Of a stretch of DNA of 64,000 nucleotides, positions 60,860 through 64,000 are shown piece after piece. This stretch comes from Eledone cirrhosa. Lineage: Eukaryota. Location: positions 38,874,001 to 38,938,000 of the forward strand of contig OZ024744.1 of assembly GCA_964016885.1 (NCBI GenBank). Reading direction: 5' to 3'. The notes under the pieces were generated by a model. It was not told where the DNA came from. It ran no database searches and worked only from the letters and a program-made list of their open reading frames with translations. The position numbers and the translations under genes were made by a program. Positions within the stretch are counted from its first letter, which is position 1. The number at the start of each line of letters is the position of its first letter.

Positions 60860-60902
60860 GTTACTAAAGAGGTCACAGAGTGTGTAACGAAAGAGCTCTG
60901 AC
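60860..60902 (+). ncRNA. Degenerate hammerhead
   Basis: GTTA-CTAAAGA-helix II-GAAA-GAGC-TC-TGAC; the left arm retains GTCA-CTGAAGA. Confidence 0.55.
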
Positions 60903-61139
60903 AATTAAAAACTAAACAACCATACGGTTATTAAATTAACCGACTGGAAACTATAATAAATTGTGTGTGTGTGTGTGAGAGAGAGAGGGGGCGGGAGATT
61001 GTGTGCGTATGTATATTATGTGTATATACACACATGTCATCACAGGGCGATAATTATGTGCGTATGTGTGTACGTGTGTATGTGTGTCACGTATGTGTAT
61101 GTGCATCCAGGAAAAGCCACTCGTTTGATTGGCATGAAT

Positions 61140-61440
61140 TCATAAAGCCTCTGGCCTCCATAGTTCTGTACCCACTTTTCACTCATCTACCATTACTACA
61201 ATGGGCTCTGCTCTTGTTACCTCTACTTACGCAATTTGACCTCGACCTCACTTCTCTCTCCTCCTTTCATCATCCATAAGGTGTCCAACAACCTGGCTTC
61301 GAACTAATCTTAACTCCTAGTGATTCCCTACCAGAAGGTCATCTCCCTGGAAGTCTCTACCTACATATGTCTTTGCTGCAGGAGTTGAACTGCAACAATT
61401 CACACAGAACAACATCAATGTTAACGGTCATGGACACAGT
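61140..61440 (-). mobile_element. Possible RTE 5' fragment
   Basis: Minus strand reads KVGT..RTM, like the start of an APE domain; weak. Confidence 0.3.
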
Positions 61441-61880
61441 CTTTCCCACAAGATCTAGCAATAAAAATAAAAGTATAAATTCGTTTGATTTTAAACCAAA
61501 TAACAGAAAACTATCTTAATAAATTGAGCAGCCTCTTATCTAACTCGAGGCATTCTAGATAGTTCCATAGCCGCTCTTTTATTCGTTAGAGTAGTTCAGT
61601 GTATCGAAACGTTGCAATTTATCGCGAATCATCAATATAAATAAATATTTTTTGCTTATACTTTAATACTTCTGAGGTTCTCTTATTAGGTTCTAATCAA
61701 CATTCCCTAGGATCATTTATCAATGTAGTTTATCGATTACCCTAACGAAGTACTTAGTTTCACTTTATTTATAAACCCTATTGAAATTAGTTTTTTTTAA
61801 CTTCTCGCATTTCTTTCGTTCTCTCTTTTTTTAAATATCGATCTCTTAATCTCTCTCTCTCTCACTGTCGCTCTCTCTCA

Positions 61881-61948
<68 letters not shown>

Positions 61949-62234
61949 CTCTCTCTCCCTCTCTCTCGCTATCTCTCTCTCTCTCTCTCACTATATCTAT
62001 CTATCTATCTATCTACCTCTTTCTCTCTCCCTCTTTCTGTAAACTTATTTATCAGAAATATTTTTTTTTACATTTGATACATACATAGACAAAACACAGA
62101 CATATTCAATGTTAATATATACAGCCAGACACACTTAGACACCATCACGAACAATGTACTGACCATTGCACGAATGTATACGATGATACACACACAAATT
62201 TAAAAAACAAAATACATACACTCACATGTCCCTT

Positions 62235-62364
62235 ATTCTAATTTTTATTTTCTAATCTCTGATGAAAGACAAACGTCCGATACGTTGAACTTTTTTCTCA
62301 CTTTCATCTAAGGCGTTAAGCAAATAAGACTAATCGTTTTTGTAGGTCTGTGTTCGTTAATTTT

Positions 62365-62445
<81 letters not shown>

Positions 62446-62690
62446 TTGTGTGTGTGTGTGTTTGTGTGTGTGTGTGCATGTGTGCGTACGCGTGCGTGTG
62501 CGTGTGCGTGTGTGTGTGTGTGCGTGTGCGTGTGTGCGTGTGCGTGTGTGTGTGTGTAAAAGGTAAACAGAAATAACAACACAATCGGTACAGTGTATGG
62601 AAGGGATATATTAGGTTAACGCTTGATATAGCAGGAAGAGTGTCTTGACGTTTCGTCCGTCAGAAGAAAGAATGAGAAATTAGAATGATT
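62235..62690. repeat. Inward-facing diverged inverted pair of HHR remnants around (TG)n
   Basis: + strand CTGATGA-GAC aaac GTC-CGATACGTT; - strand CTGACGGACGAAACGTC; both preceded by ATTCTAATTT. Confidence 0.55.
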
Positions 62691-62874
62691 GAAGGGACAG
62701 GCAGGGCGGAATCAGAAAAAATGTTTTTAGAGAAAAATAACAGATCCATTCATGTTGACATCTTTTGGAAAACTGTTGGTGCTGGCGTTTGTGTATGATA
62801 TACTTTTTTAGAAAAGTGGATGATGGAGTGGTGTCTATCTGAAATGGAAAAAACCCTTTTTTATAAAGAGCTAT

Positions 62875-62974
<100 letters not shown>

Positions 62975-63376
62975 TATTATACGCCCGTACGAAGCTAAGA
63001 GGAAATATGTGTGTAATATGTAAGTAAAAAAGTGTGTGTGTGATTGTAAGTATGAAGCTGCGAGCAAAAGTATATTAATGAAAAGGAGTGTATGTATACA
63101 GAGCTGTGCAGGGAAAAGTAGAGGTGTGTGTGCGTATTTTGTTGGTCTGTATCAGCTGTAAGAGTATATGTTTCTAACCATAAGAGAGCCATAGGAATAT
63201 AGTGGTAAATGTACAAGAGCGTGTATGATAATAGACGGGGTAAATGTGACGGCGGCAAAGCGTAGAGAGGTAAGCACGAACGTATATGTGTAATATTAAA
63301 GATGACAGGGAGGGGAGTTGAGTCCATGTGGGAAACAGGACATAACGCGGTAAAACAGACTCTGTTCAGTCCTGGT

Positions 63377-63412
<36 letters not shown>

Positions 63413-63417
<5 letters not shown>

Positions 63418-64000
63418 CAGCGAGAATCGTATTTCGGCTGGTAGAAAAAGCGAAACGAAACGCAAAATCGTATCGTAGAAATGCTGGCAAGCGCTCCAAT
63501 AGTTAAGAAAACCAGAGCTAAACAATATGTTAAAACGCCATACAAACTGAAAAAGTGGTTAAGAAGGCATTAACCACCTAAGCCAAAAAACAAATCAAGC
63601 TAAACAGGTCAAACAAAATAAATGATAAAAACCTGGACCCAAATGCAATTGGTGGTAAAATCCAAATGCAGGGTTTCTGTGACACCTAAATCAATAATAC
63701 TGTCTGCTTAAAACTATAAACTTTCAGAATAAAGATCGAACAAGGAATATCAGGTTATCAACAGGTAATTTTGCTCTGTAGCCAACTTTGCGAGTGACGC
63801 AGAGCTTAGTAAACGCACATGCGTTTGTCACAGGGGGAAATTCCCCATATTTTGGCAAATGAATTCAGTATGTGTATATCATACAAAAAAATTGCATAGA
63901 TACCACAAATCGAATAAGCACTCAACCGGGTAGTTTTTAAAATAAACTTATGCAATTAACCTGTCAATAGAATTATTAGCAGGTTAATTGTAAGACTTAT
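63413..64000. repeat. Unclassified repeat family, copy C (runs to window end)
   Basis: Homologous to the reverse complement of 1561-2110; abuts (TA)n. Confidence 0.8.

Larger units (their letters stand above)
60068..60962. repeat. Inverted ~130-bp arms with HHR remnants enclosing an RTE fragment
   Basis: 60068-60195 versus 60830-60962. Confidence 0.8.

Noticed and set aside
63413-63900. Long minus frame interrupted mostly by TGA (Sec or alternative code?)
   Set aside because: Also contains TAA, the frame is not maintained in the other copies, and substitutions fit other frames better

Overview
AT-rich, microsatellite-dense animal DNA, probably cephalopod (octopus-type SINEs). I found no intact host gene; the window is almost entirely decayed retroelements. 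These include Penelope-like elements (Neptune-type and Naiad-type RT/GIY-YIG), a PHD-bearing CRE-like LINE, R4/Dong-like and RTE fragments, and a head-to-tail array of Tx1/L1-clade LINEs. The main hidden signal is more than 15 type I hammerhead-ribozyme (HHR) motifs from about 10 sequence-distinct families. Many sit as mirror-image pairs in fold-back palindromes between microsatellite tracts, and two sit in retrozyme-like units with terminal direct repeats. A 3-kb island (22.2-25.3 kb) carries a spliced SGNH-hydrolase pseudogene with two 55-57 bp introns, a BACK-like exon and a shared 16-bp upstream motif. All calls come from manual reading; no searches or folding programs were run, and element boundaries are approximate.
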